Shown piece after piece: positions 28,937 to 40,187 of a stretch of DNA of 64,000 bases; within the stretch, counting starts at the first letter, position 1; every line of letters begins with the position of its first letter. The stretch comes from an uncultured virus (IMG/VR IMGVR_UViG_3300035447_000008). Taxonomy: Duplodnaviria > Heunggongvirae > Uroviricota > Caudoviricetes. The translations under genes and the position numbers were made by a program. The notes beneath the pieces were generated by a model that had not been told where the DNA came from, did no database searches, and was given only the letters and a program-made list of their open reading frames with translations. The DNA lies in the IMG/VR virus record IMGVR_UViG_3300035447_000008. One strand, 5' to 3'.

Positions 28937-28962
28937 AAGCCCCTTAACAGGGGCTTTCTCTT
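28937..28962 (+). terminator. Rho-independent terminator ending the early plus-strand block
   Basis: AAGCCCCT-TAAC-AGGGGCTT followed by TCTCTT. Confidence 0.8.
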
Positions 28963-29426
28963 GTCAGAGAATCCTTTCTCTTGTCTATCATATAAACATC
29001 TAAAAACCTTCCTACACTACATTCTAAACCCCACTGCACACTATCTAATCCTTTCTCTGCCCTCTCCCCCTACACATTCGTCATCTGCCGATGACAGCCT
29101 ACACCCTCCCTTCTGTACGTCAGTACAGGAAAACACACAAGCCAGCGTAGACGCTATCTGCAAGCATCCATTTAATACCCTTCTCCCTTCAAATCACCCC
29201 TCTAAACAACCCCTCTAATACACTTGGAGTGAATGCGAGACATCGAATGATGTTAAGCATGAACGACTCCAAATAGCCACTTCTAGCACGTCAGTGCCCC
29301 TATATCCATCCTTAACGTTAGTTAAAGGTTGTCTACTACACTCTACCTTACAGGTAGCTCTAGCAATATCTGTTCCAATTGGAACAATTGAATTATTAGA
29401 TTTCTCTATAGTCCTTCTGGTATTCC

Positions 29427-29454
29427 ATTTTACATAATATAGATTTTGCGAAGT
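29427..29454 (-). other. XerC/XerD dif-like recombination site
   Basis: Minus strand ACTTCGCAAAA-TCTATA-TTATGTAAAAT versus proteobacterial consensus (G/A)nTnCGCATAA-TGTATA-TTATGTTAAAT; 11-6-11 architecture in non-coding DNA. Confidence 0.8.
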
Positions 29455-29792
29455 CAGTCTTACATACATCATTTTCAATAGTCCTAAGCTATGGCTCTTT
29501 CTGGTCGGTAGATGGCCTGACAGAGTGTTATAGTGTATCATAGAGAGAGTCTATGGATATTTTGATATTGATAGAGAGGGTCTATTGGGGGTGGGCTACA
29601 GTGTTTGACAATGCTGATATAGAGCTGGTAAATACTGGAAGTGTTAGCCCCATAAGGATATTTTCTACACAGATATTTTAGACACACAAAAGTATCCCCT
29701 ACACCGAAATATAGGGGATTTGAAAATATGGGTGTTGTAAGATTTTCTCTCTACGAGAGTGAGCTTTTAGTGCTTTTCTTATCCGACCGTAA

Positions 29793-30314
29793 TTAATTGC
29801 CTTTCTTTCTGAACCTCATCAAGGCTTCTCCATATTCAAAGAACTTTTTATCCCTGTAAAGCTGTAGTATTTCTCTTGGTGCTGGAACTGAGGGTGGGGC
29901 ATAAAGTCTACTGACAGTGCCGTTCTCGTAAGCAGCAACAAATGCTTTCTCCATTAACCAATTAGCTTTCATTACCTTTTGCTCCTCTTCGTTCTTCTTC
30001 ATTTCAAGATAGTGCTCAATACCACCCAAAGCAAAGCGAGCAGCTTGTGCAACACGTCTTGCAGTTCGTTCACTTATAGGGTCTAGGCTGTAGATATTTT
30101 GACACATGAGTGTTGATATTTGTGGCAGGAACACAGCAGCCCTCACAAGAGAGGGGCTGACATTCAACTTACCATTGTTATCTCCTACAGCGGTGTAGCA
30201 AGCCCCCATAATGATGTCATCCATCCAAGGAGGAATGCCGCTCACTCTAGAACTGGTCTGAAACCTTATGTATTCATATAGTGGATTCTCTGTTACCTTC
30301 GGTTTACGTGCCAT
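29793..30314 (-). CDS. Hypothetical protein, last gene of the minus-strand block
   Basis: 173-aa ORF with GAGGGAG RBS. Confidence 0.8.
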   Translation of the reverse strand: MARKPKVTENPLYEYIRFQTSSRVSGIPPWMDDIIMGACYTAVGDNNGKLNVSPSLVRAAVFLPQISTLMCQNIYSLDPISERTARRVAQAARFALGGIEHYLEMKKNEEEQKVMKANWLMEKAFVAAYENGTVSRLYAPPSVPAPREILQLYRDKKFFEYGEALMRFRKKGN

Positions 30315-30320
30315 ACTCCC

Positions 30321-32747
30321 TCACTCATAATAGTCTTCTCCTTTAGGCTCTACTCGGATTAAGATGCTGTTGTCGTAATACCAATTTTCTTGGTTGATGT
30401 TTTCACATTCGCAACTGTCGGGCCAATAAATCATGTACAAATTCTCTCCCACACGTATCTGTGTAATGTCCTTCCACTTCTTACACCTATTGACAAAGCT
30501 CTGGTGTGGATTTTCAACAGAAAGACAGAAGGTTTTAGCAACCTGCATTATCTGCATACCTTGCTCTGAGTAGGTGATATTTTGCACAACATCTCCGAAG
30601 TGCAGCACAGAGATAGAGCCTTTAGGTAAAAAGGCAGTCTCACAATTTTCAAACACAACCCACACATCTTCTTTAATCATTTACCCTCCAATTTATAAAC
30701 TTCAACATCCATTAATGTTTTCTTATGAAACAAATACCTAACCCCATCCACTGTGTATTGACATAGATATTCAAGGTGTCCAAATTGCTCACAATCGTGG
30801 AATATGTGGTCATTGATAATCCTCTCTTGTAGCAAGACCACTTCCTCATCATTCAGTTTTGTTTTCATTCTCTTCTCCAATAAAAGAAGCCCCTGTTAAG
30901 AGGCTTTGTTGTATTTACGTAATAGTGATTCCAACCAAAGTCGTTTAGTCTCCTCTGTCTCACCATTAACTTGCATCCACACAGCACAAATCTCAGAGGT
31001 TGTATGCTCCACAAAGTGTTTGTGTGGGCGAGCCAGTGTTTTCTTTGTTTTCCAATCTATAATGTCTTCCTCCTGCCAATAGATATTTTTGGAGTAATCG
31101 GCAAGGCCGTGACAAGAATATCCATCATAACTTAGGTATGTCAGAGTTGGGTATTTCTCTTTAAGGATAAGATAAGCAAGCCACTGCTCTTTGTCTCCCT
31201 CGGGTAATACCGATTGATAGATGAAGTGGTATATCAGTGTGCTCATTCCTCTACCCTCTCTATATTCAAAAGAATCCCTAACTCTCTGTGACACACCAAC
31301 TTCAGACAAAGATAGTACCCTCTTGAATGTACTAAAGTTGCCTTTTGTTTACAAATACAGCACAATTTATCCATTTTTTACCTCCAACCAACCTATGCCA
31401 CCATCAAGATCGGGTTCAATTTTAAGAAATGATTTTTCTCCGTATTTAACTATAAGAGCATCAATATAACAGCTAAGCTCAAACAAAGTCCCCTCAAAAT
31501 CCAAACCTACGTATTCAGAGTTATTTGTCTCATCGCTATTCATTTTCTTCCTCCTTTTGTGGTGTGCTGATGATAGGCTCCTTCAAACCCTGTGTCAACA
31601 ACTATTTCAACCAACCCTCCAAATCTTCTTTTGTGTGTATTCCTTCCTGCTCCATCCACAATGTAGCAAACTCACTCATCTGCTCAAAGCTGATACATTC
31701 ACTCCACTCATCCCCAATATCCACAAGAGGGCGTAATTGACGAATCCGTACAAGCTCGTTCTCTGTTTCTCGTAGACGCTTTCTCAGGATTTCAAGCCTT
31801 TCCTCTGTTGTGTATTTCATTCCCCCTCCTGCATCTGCGCAATCAAAAACTTGTTCTCCTGTTCAAGCATCCCTTTCTCTTGTGTAAGCGTTATCACTTC
31901 ACGTTGGAGATTGGATATTTGATTGTAATAATCTTTAATCAGCTCTGCAACCACTGGACCCTCTTTCGGATGTATTGGTTTACGCCCCATTGTCCCATAA
32001 AGGCGTAATAGCAGCTCTGCTGGATAAGGGTTAGTTTTTAAGTTCATTCTAACAACTCCTTCTCTGTGATATACATTCTCAATTCATCATAACTATTTGG
32101 TTGGACGTAACGGCATTGCTCCCAATTCCTGTATTGGCTGTCCATAATGTATTTCAAAGCCCCTCTACGTGTCAAATGATAACTGCTTTCCCAAGAATCA
32201 TAGCCATCACAAGACACTGTGTTTACAATGTACAGCTTAGCTGGGAAATTCAATCCCAATTCTCCCAATACACTTCGTGTTTAAAACCACAACAATCTTT
32301 TATCTTCTTACAAGTGTTCCCAACACTCCGTACACCAAGCGGTTTATACCTCCATATGGTATTGGCTATTTCTTTCTTCTTACCTCCTTGCAGTGTAAGT
32401 CTGAACGACATCGGAGGTAGACAACGTTCGTAGTCGTAGTCAAACGTGTTATTTTCTGCCACCCACAAGACAACTACGCCATCTAGTTCAGACAGATGTA
32501 CATAAAGCTCAGCTAGATAATTCATCCTCTACTCCTCATAAAGACTGTCTAAATTGTTCAAAAGTGTATTCTCATATTCATCACCAATGTCTCTTTGCTC
32601 AGCTTGAAGCTTCAAATAAGCTCTTCGTTGTTCTCGTGTAAGACCCGAAGGAATTCTCACTGTCCCACTCTCTAAAGAATGTTGCATTTGCTCTAAATCA
32701 TAGCTAACAGGAGCATCCCAATCGAATTCATTCAACACGTCCTCCAT
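30321..32747 (-). CDS. Run of about 8 small hypothetical genes (30321-30680, 30677-30880, 30896-31309, 31602-31820, 31817-32047, 32044-32268, 32250-32525, 32529-32747)
   Basis: Tightly packed ORFs with RBSs and ATGA overlaps. Confidence 0.7.
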
Positions 32748-32810
32748 ATTCTTCTGTATTCTTTCTATTGTGCAAGCAAGCCATTATCTCTTCAATAGAT
32801 TTTAGTTTTC

Positions 32811-34235
32811 TCATTTGATTCTCTTTCCTCCGTGTTTCTCATAAATAGAGATGATTTTATCTAAATTATATACCCACGTACTTTCGGTGAAACCATCCGG
32901 CATCTCTTCTTTTGTCAGCACACCACACTCAAGAGTTTGTTTACATTCTCTTTCTGCTGCAAGACAAGATTTCTTTGTTTCAAACTCCCATACGCCGAAA
33001 TTTTCTACATCGTAGATACAGCGACTGTTTTGATTCCTAATACGAATTTCACTCTTGTTTGCAATACCAAACTTCACTGCAACAGGAGCATCACACTCCT
33101 TGACAAAATTGATATATGCTTCTTTTTGGCGAGCGGTTCCACAGGAACAAGGACGCTTACCTTGTTGGAGGTTGTCAAGTGTGCTGATACCGAAAGTTTC
33201 ACAAGCCGGACAAAATACTTCCCAAACAGCTTTTTTATTTCTAGAACCAACCTTTACAAATTTCGTCCCCTCTTCAAATTGTCCAGAAGCCATGAATTTC
33301 TGAATCATTACATCCTCTGGGATTGTTTTTCCTTTTGCTCTTTTTTCAACTCCACACTGAAAGCACCCATATCCATCACAAACACTTTTGAGAGGAACTT
33401 CGTAATCTCCATGGACAGAGCAGTTCATAACAACAAGATCAAACACGTCCTTGTATTCCCCCACCGTCTTTACGAACTTCAGAGTTGTGCCTTTGCAGAC
33501 ATCTTCTACAATTTTTAGTCTCTCTTCAAGAGGTGTTCGTCTTCCATCGGCAGATTTTAATTTACCACACTCAGGACAACCCCTTTCTCTGTGCATAAAG
33601 TTATTAACAGAGCAACCCGACCACTCTCCGTGGATTTTACAAGATAACCTAATCTTACTACGGTCGTTCTTATAACCTTCAACAAAACCTAAAAATTTGT
33701 AGCCAAGTTTTTCAGCTTTTCGTCTGCACCGAATTAGCTGCTCTTCTTCCGTCCACTTTTTAAGTTTAGAGCAACCACAAGGTCTGCGACCTTTGATCAG
33801 CTCGTGGTATGGTACAGAGAAAACCCCCTTTCCAAAAAGCTCTGGGTCGTCCCCACACTTTAGGCACCTAATTTCAACTTTGTGCCTGTGTTCGGCAGAT
33901 GTAATGCTGAGAAATATGTAACCCATTGCCTCAGATGCACGATTTCCCAATACCGCCCACTGATTTTCGGAGTATTTGGGAATCTTTGAGCACCCACAGG
34001 GCATGTTGCCAATTAGATACTTTGCTTTTATTCTTGAAAAGCATCCACCACCCCACATCTCTCGGTCCTTAGAACAGACAGCACATCGAGAAATATAGAG
34101 CTTAGCGCCGTCATATTTACCACTCCACCCAATCACCTCAAGCTGCCCTTCATCCCCAAAACGAGGACGTGTAAGGCTCCATTCATCTTGTTGTAATCCA
34201 TACTCAGGATCAATCAGGTCTTCAAGATTTGCCAC
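32811..34235 (-). CDS. Homing-endonuclease-like protein: tandem Zn-ribbon (DUF723-like) repeats plus C-terminal GIY-YIG-like domain
   Basis: Repeated C..HG...GC..C and PCGC modules; C-terminal AYI..VKFGIA..RIR..E..GFTE; GTG start after GGAGG. Confidence 0.8.
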   Translation of the reverse strand: MANLEDLIDPEYGLQQDEWSLTRPRFGDEGQLEVIGWSGKYDGAKLYISRCAVCSKDREMWGGGCFSRIKAKYLIGNMPCGCSKIPKYSENQWAVLGNRASEAMGYIFLSITSAEHRHKVEIRCLKCGDDPELFGKGVFSVPYHELIKGRRPCGCSKLKKWTEEEQLIRCRRKAEKLGYKFLGFVEGYKNDRSKIRLSCKIHGEWSGCSVNNFMHRERGCPECGKLKSADGRRTPLEERLKIVEDVCKGTTLKFVKTVGEYKDVFDLVVMNCSVHGDYEVPLKSVCDGYGCFQCGVEKRAKGKTIPEDVMIQKFMASGQFEEGTKFVKVGSRNKKAVWEVFCPACETFGISTLDNLQQGKRPCSCGTARQKEAYINFVKECDAPVAVKFGIANKSEIRIRNQNSRCIYDVENFGVWEFETKKSCLAAERECKQTLECGVLTKEEMPDGFTESTWVYNLDKIISIYEKHGGKRIK

Positions 34236-34293
34236 AGATTTCCTCCAGTAGAAACAAAAATAGCCCAACATCGTTAAATGTCAGGCCATCATA

Positions 34294-36761
34294 TCAACTC
34301 TTTTTCTGTGGTGCAAGCTTTTTGAAGGCGTAATCAAGGATGCTTTCCAACACCCAAATTCCCCACCATACAGGGAATATAATGACTACAGCAATGTGGA
34401 AATACACATACACTTCCTTTACAGAAAGCGTTGTATTGCGATATTCCTCACGATAGAGCTGGTACACTCCTTGCTGTCCAAGAAACTTCCATGTTGCGAA
34501 CAGAAGTAGGGCAGAGAGGATAAGGCCGATAACGTAGTATGTAATTAGGAATGTCATTTATTTCTCCTCAATGAATCGTTGCTTTTGAATATGGAACATC
34601 AAAGAGCGAAGCTCTCTCCTCTTGGAACACTTCTTCCTCTTGTTCTTCCTGATACCCTACAGACATCATCTCCTCATAATACAAATCAACATAGGAAATA
34701 AGAACACCCAATTGTGTAAATGGATGGTTAATCTCTCCCCCTGTCAAGCGGGAATAAGCTGTCTGGACACTCTTGAATAGAATTGCGTAGTCATGTAGCT
34801 CACGCTTTATACTCTCCATATCCGGTGTACCATCAGGATTTTCTAGAATATCTTTCCAGATGCTATCCCACACGCTGTCAATCTTCTCTTTTGGAGTCAT
34901 CATTCCACCTCCACCGTATGAATAAATATTGTGTCCGTGTATTCTAGCAGATCATCCTCTTCCAAAGCAAGCTCTTGAAGCTTATCTTCTCGCCATTGTT
35001 CGTAAGAGGCCGAATCAGCCCATATATTCCCAAGATGCTCTTCCATCATCTCATCAAACATCTCTTTGTCTTGGGCATTAAATTGAGCTACACGCCCCAC
35101 TTTGTTGTTGTGTCGAGAGACGAAAGCAAGAGCCTTCTCAAATGTAGAGAAAACCCTTACATCGTTTCTTACATTCACTACATGTACATCCATCTTAGCT
35201 CACCAAATATACAGACAAGCCATAGCGGTTGATGGCTTGTTCTAGTGTGCAATAAACATTCTTTCCGTTGACAGGGGCTTGTGTGTAGAACGTCCCATCT
35301 CGTTTTACAACAGTGAAAGCTGGAGCATCATCAGCTACGCTGTATTTGACAAAACGAATGTTATCAAGGATTACGCCTGTGTCAAGGTAGAATATTTGTG
35401 TCCCGTTGGGAACACGTACACGAATTTTATTGCTCATCTTCTTTCTCCACTTCAATTTGTTCAATAAGCCATGCTTCAAGATAGTCTGTGTCTACATTGA
35501 AGCGTTCTTCACAATATTCCTTTGACGGATTGAATACAATCTCATCAAGCTCGTCGGTATTATCATCGAAAATATCGGCTCGTGCAACATTCCATTCAAT
35601 TTGTGTGTATCCGTAGAAATCATCAGGATTGTCAGCAGAGAAATCAGCCTCTTGTTTATGATAATACACCACATCAAGCACAAGCCCTGCATAAAGCTCT
35701 TTTGCATTCTCTTGAAATGCTACAACATAACAAAATTCTTTAGACATTATGTATGTTCCTCCTCATATCCACGATCTTGCATCTCAGCCCAAATATTAAA
35801 GCTCAGACGTTCCAGTGTATCATCTGTGCATTCCTCAAGATTCTCGATAATCAGGAATACAGCATCTTGAATTTCTTTCTGCGTAATCAACTCTATTCCT
35901 CCATTTGCCGAAGCATAATCTCCCCTTTCATTGAATACATAATGTCTACAAGCATTTGCTCTGTAAGCTCATCACTACGGAACATAATAACATCTGCTGC
36001 TGTCGTTGTGTCACACATATTCAAAAGATATTTGTAATTCTCTGTAATTTCTAAGCAGTCAGTCATGATTATTCCTCCCACACTGCTTCAAGTAATTTAT
36101 CTTTAGCAGAAACATCTAGGTAGTCTGCTGTCAGAATAATCCTGTTCATCCGACGATTGTTTGTAGCCCAAGCAGCATCAAGCCTTTGTTTAAGCTCTGC
36201 TATCTCATCCATCAAAGCTCTACGCTCTGAATTTAATAGAATGTCTTCTTGTTTTTGTTCTTGCATTTTCTACCCTCCTATTGCTCGTTGTGAATCCCAA
36301 GAGAAGCATTCCCCTCAAATAATGCTTCAACTTCTGCCTCCATCGTAGCAAGCTCTTCAGCCTGTTGCAACAGCTTTTTAGTGAGCTGGATGCTGATGAG
36401 AAGTTCTTTCTGACGTACATGCCTTACACACCCCTCAGATTCTTTAGCTGAAGATTCTACGAGAGTGTTAAGAACATAGCTCAGAGCTTCCACTTGAGAA
36501 GCTGCGTTGTAACGTGTGTTCATCTCTTTATCCTCGATTCTGTGTATGATAGACAATCTGCCACACAGCTTTACCATTCTCATCTACGCCAGATTGCACA
36601 GTGAAAGCAGCAGGACGTGCCCATTTAGCAAAGTCAAGCAGTGCATCTAGGTTGGTGAACAGTCGTTCAATTTGAGAAGGAGATTGTACTTGCCCTTCTA
36701 CAAAATTTTCTTGAATTTGTTCTGTCATCTTAATTGATTCTCTCCGTTTTGTGATTGCCAA
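34294..36761 (-). CDS. Run of about 9 small hypothetical genes (34294-34557 membrane, 34568-34903, 34900-35193, 35195-35437, 35427-35747, 35893-36067, 36069-36266, 36278-36523, 36528-36728)
   Basis: Tightly packed ORFs with RBSs. Confidence 0.7.
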
Positions 36762-37078
36762 ACCAAAAGATTTCTTACAAGCTCGTCTGTACTGATCCTG
36801 ACCCTCAGAGGGTAATCTTCCTCTTTTAGATAGTACCCTGACCCAGCTTTCAATCCGTCTTTGGTTACTAGGTGCTTGTTAATATGATCCAGTTTGTCAT
36901 AGTTGTCAAGCAAGTATTTGCTCATTTTATCAAAAACTGGATCACTGAGGATGCTTTCAAATTTGCAGTAATACGCTAGGCTAGCACTTAGCCACCAGCT
37001 AAATGCTGAAGCGGGGTTAATCTTGAAAGCTTTCCTCGCGGCTTCATCATAGTTCCCATCAACAATCTCAAGCTTCAT
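36725..37078 (-). CDS. Stand-alone NAD-ligase domain Ia-like protein
   Basis: ASLAYYCKFESILSDPVFDKM resembles H...YY..D.P.ISD..YD.L of NAD-dependent ligase subdomain Ia. Confidence 0.65.
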   Translation of the reverse strand: MKLEIVDGNYDEAARKAFKINPASAFSWWLSASLAYYCKFESILSDPVFDKMSKYLLDNYDKLDHINKHLVTKDGLKAGSGYYLKEEDYPLRVRISTDELVRNLLVWQSQNGENQLR

Positions 37079-37482
37079 AGCTCACCCTCCAAATACACAC
37101 GGCAAGCAAAGGTTACTTGCCTACTGGGACCATCTTTATAATCATGAACAACCCCATCTTTCACGCACAGGGCGTGACCCCTCACAAGAACATAATAACG
37201 ACCTTTTGAGTGCTGTTTAACAAATTTACTCAGTGCAATTTTATTCTTCTGTGTATAAGGACCAAACTTAACTTTAGCTTTTGTACAGGATTTTAGCGCA
37301 GCATGAATTTCATCAAGTTTCATTCCTTTACGATGTTGGCGACCATGCTTCTTCATCCAAGCGTGTGCTTTTTCATAGTCACAATCAAAGCAATGCGCCC
37401 AAGCCATCACAGTGCAATCTCCCCACTCATTAAAGCGCTTACTAGCCTCTACATGACTTTCTTTGTAGCTTTCAAATTCCAT
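37075..37482 (-). CDS. Putative papain-like Cys-His-Asp fold protein
   Basis: GDCTVMA ... GHALCVKDGVVHD. Confidence 0.5.
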   Translation of the reverse strand: MEFESYKESHVEASKRFNEWGDCTVMAWAHCFDCDYEKAHAWMKKHGRQHRKGMKLDEIHAALKSCTKAKVKFGPYTQKNKIALSKFVKQHSKGRYYVLVRGHALCVKDGVVHDYKDGPSRQVTFACRVYLEGEL

Positions 37483-37916
37483 TTCATTTACTCTCCTTCA
37501 TCTCCATTTGAACAGGAACCTGTTTTGTACTAGATACATTCTCGTCATAAAGCCTTGTCAGCCACACATCCAAGAAGAACAGGAGTCCTCCGAGGACGAT
37601 GGAGAGACAGATGAAGTCAATTGTTGATAGATTATTTTTCATTGTCGTCATTCCACACAACATCGTAGTTACCGATCACTTCGTGAAGAGGTCTAATGTT
37701 GGTGTAAAAGTCAAATTGCACCAGAAAGAACAAACCCTCACTGTTCATAACAATCATACCGCCTTTGGCTGGTTTGTATTTGCCTGCACTCGTGTAGATT
37801 TTGAATTTCTTTCTCATATTCCCATCCTCCATAAACAAGAAAAGGCGTCCTTCAGAATGAAGAAAAGCCACTAACCAATCTCTATGTAAAGAGAATAAGC
37901 TAGTGGCTTCTGTGTG

Positions 37917-38354
37917 TCAATCATTTTCTTCATTGAACTTTTCTATCAGAAGGTTTAACTTCTTAAGATTTTCTACACCATTAGTGAGTCTATAAGCGTT
38001 TTTGTAAACCACCCTTTTCACACCAGCAGCAGCAATCATCTCTGAACACCTCATACAGCACGACATTGTGACATAAAGTGTGGACCCAACAACAGAAACA
38101 CCCTCACGGGCTGCTTTAAGGATGCAGGACAACTCAGCATGGATTACTTCTTCTCTCGTTACCAGCATCCCGTCTTGGTTCTGATATTCAAGGTCGTTAT
38201 CTCCTCCTGGAGCAAGCCCGTTACATCCACCAAGCACAACTCCGTTTTGCGTAACAAGACACGCCCCAACTTTCGCTCGCTTACCTCGACTAAGAGCGGC
38301 ATGTGCTTCTGCTACAGCCATGTAACAAGTGTCTAGTTCCTTATGGGAAGCCAT
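37917..38354 (-). CDS. dCMP/deoxycytidylate deaminase
   Basis: KVGACL, GCNG, HAELSCI, TMSCCMRC Zn motifs. Confidence 0.9.
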   Translation of the reverse strand: MASHKELDTCYMAVAEAHAALSRGKRAKVGACLVTQNGVVLGGCNGLAPGGDNDLEYQNQDGMLVTREEVIHAELSCILKAAREGVSVVGSTLYVTMSCCMRCSEMIAAAGVKRVVYKNAYRLTNGVENLKKLNLLIEKFNEEND

Positions 38355-38800
38355 TAATCTTTCACCGAAATGCAGTTACTCACCCGGCAGTAAGAACCTC
38401 GACGCCCAACATCAATAAAAGCCTCCCCGAATTGGAAGAAGTCGCACTCCTTAACATCTTCTGGGATCGTAAAGATTTCTCCAGTCTTAGTGCATTTGTA
38501 CTTCTTACCTGCCCACTCTTGCTTGAACTCAAAATCTTCTACATCTTTGTGCATTTTCTTTTTTAGGGGAAAACCCCACAGCCATTGCAAAGCAAAGGCA
38601 ATTCCATGTAGAGCTTCTACAGCGTCCTCTGTGTTATTAAAGAACATATCTGGACGCGAAACAATCTGCTCACGCATCTTATGAAGCACGTCAATTGCAA
38701 TACAATCTTCTTCAGACAACCCTTGTTTCTTTGCTAATTCTTTATTGTGTGCCATTACTCCTCCCGGTCCATTGTGACAATGATGTATCGCTCTGAGCAA
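38354..38800 (-). CDS. Hypothetical protein
   Basis: ORF; true start probably MAHNK after GGAGGAG. Confidence 0.7.
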   Translation of the reverse strand: MLRAIHHCHNGPGGVMAHNKELAKKQGLSEEDCIAIDVLHKMREQIVSRPDMFFNNTEDAVEALHGIAFALQWLWGFPLKKKMHKDVEDFEFKQEWAGKKYKCTKTGEIFTIPEDVKECDFFQFGEAFIDVGRRGSYCRVSNCISVKD

Positions 38801-38970
38801 TCTTTACAAAGGCAAAGCCAATCGCCAAGATAATCCAATCTATATCCACGCTTCTTGTCAATCTCGTCAAAAGTGGTCCAATCGTCTTCTTCAAACTGGT
38901 AGTTCAGATTTGCATCGTAGAAAACTTTCTCACTGCACCGATCACATAGCCGGTAGTCTGCTGCTGCCAT
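38755..38970 (-). CDS. Small Zn-finger protein
   Basis: CDRC...CKDC. Confidence 0.7.
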   Translation of the reverse strand: MAAADYRLCDRCSEKVFYDANLNYQFEEDDWTTFDEIDKKRGYRLDYLGDWLCLCKDCSERYIIVTMDREE

Positions 38971-38981
38971 CTCATTCTCTC

Positions 38982-39263
38982 CTATTCAAAATCATCCTGT
39001 TGAATAACATCATTCTTCAACACATCCATAAGCTCATGGAATGTCATATAGCTTTCACTGTAATTCTTCTTAAGGCTCGAAGAGGGCCACCAAATTCCTC
39101 CTGTGTTGATAAGAGGCTTTCCTGTAACAGCTCCAACAAGAGAATAATAACGTGTCACGACGCCGGATGGAAGAGATTTTGTCTTACGAGAAGAAACAAT
39201 GTAAAGACCATCAATCCCATCTACACGAACAGTTTCTTGGTAGTCGTAAATGTAGTTGCTCAT
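38982..39263 (-). CDS. Hypothetical protein
   Basis: ORF coupled to the methyltransferase stop. Confidence 0.7.
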   Translation of the reverse strand: MSNYIYDYQETVRVDGIDGLYIVSSRKTKSLPSGVVTRYYSLVGAVTGKPLINTGGIWWPSSSLKKNYSESYMTFHELMDVLKNDVIQQDDFE

Positions 39264-40171
39264 TATTTAAGCCCTTTAAGGATGTGACAGATAACATCTA
39301 CCGTCCACCCGTTCCCAAGCACTGCACATGCCTGGTTGTAAGATAGACAATCTGTGTATCCCACCTGAACCGTCTGAGCAAGTTCAAGTTCTGTGCGGGT
39401 CAAGTATCGGCAGAAATCCTCGTATTCAATCAGTCCACTGTTAGGGCAACGATCTTGCTTTGTTGTTAGGCAGTAAACCTTACTTGCGTTGGTGACGTTT
39501 GCACAAGATTTAGAACTATTTCCACCCTTTCCTTCGTTCCACATGCGGAGCCTGGATGGCGTTTTGTTCAGCTTATAAGCTTGCAAGTCTCCCACCTCTT
39601 TGTAATCTTGGAAAGAAACACCCTTGTCCCGAGGAATATCAAAATCTAGGTTACTCCAATAGTATCGGGCACGCTTCTGAAAAGATAGTAGGTCTGAGTT
39701 TATATAAACTCCCTCAACACCCAAGAAGTTATCAAGCTCCTTTTTACTCTCTTTCTTCATTTTCACATTCTCAAGCAACCACTTGACACTAGGGTTTTCC
39801 GTCTTAACTTCCTTAAGGATTCTGAGATAGTGATAGAACAGTCCACTTTTCGTCCCCTCCAAGCCTAGAGGTGTTACTCCACTACTGCCGAAAGCACGAG
39901 CATAGCTAAAATCCTGGCAAGGTGATCCGCCGATAAGAAGATCGATCTTGCCCATCTCTAAATCTCCAAACTCTGTTGTAAGAACACCATTTTTGTAACT
40001 AACCTTAGTTACATCACCAATATGGGTAATTTTATCTCCCCAATTGTGTTTACTTACTTTAATTGCAGCTTTATCAATTTCGGAAGCAAAGTAGTTAGTG
40101 ACTTCAATTCCAAGACGGTCCAGGGCAATCATACCGCACGACATACCATCAAACAAACTCAATACGTTCAA
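39263..40171 (-). CDS. C5-cytosine DNA methyltransferase (uninterrupted)
   Basis: SLFDGMSCG, GGSPCQDFS, ENV, QKRAR, TELELAQTV, LGNGWTVDVI. Confidence 0.95.
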   Translation of the reverse strand: MNVLSLFDGMSCGMIALDRLGIEVTNYFASEIDKAAIKVSKHNWGDKITHIGDVTKVSYKNGVLTTEFGDLEMGKIDLLIGGSPCQDFSYARAFGSSGVTPLGLEGTKSGLFYHYLRILKEVKTENPSVKWLLENVKMKKESKKELDNFLGVEGVYINSDLLSFQKRARYYWSNLDFDIPRDKGVSFQDYKEVGDLQAYKLNKTPSRLRMWNEGKGGNSSKSCANVTNASKVYCLTTKQDRCPNSGLIEYEDFCRYLTRTELELAQTVQVGYTDCLSYNQACAVLGNGWTVDVICHILKGLK

Positions 40172-40187
40172 ATCTTTTCTCCTTTAA

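Larger units (their letters stand above)
22375..28960 (+). promoter_or_regulatory. Array of about 14 sigma70-type early promoters, each driving one or a few small genes (putative host-takeover region)
   Basis: TTGAC-like -35 and -10 boxes near 22375, 24430, 24687, 25087, 25519, 26182, 26493, 26991, 27324, 28080 and 28633, plus a variant class at 23350, 23953 and 25203; most are followed by a CA-rich leader, RBS and short ORF. Confidence 0.85.

Noticed and set aside
34222..34293. Short open frame before the 32811 endonuclease, possibly half of a split gene
   Set aside because: No start codon of its own, and too short to distinguish from chance.
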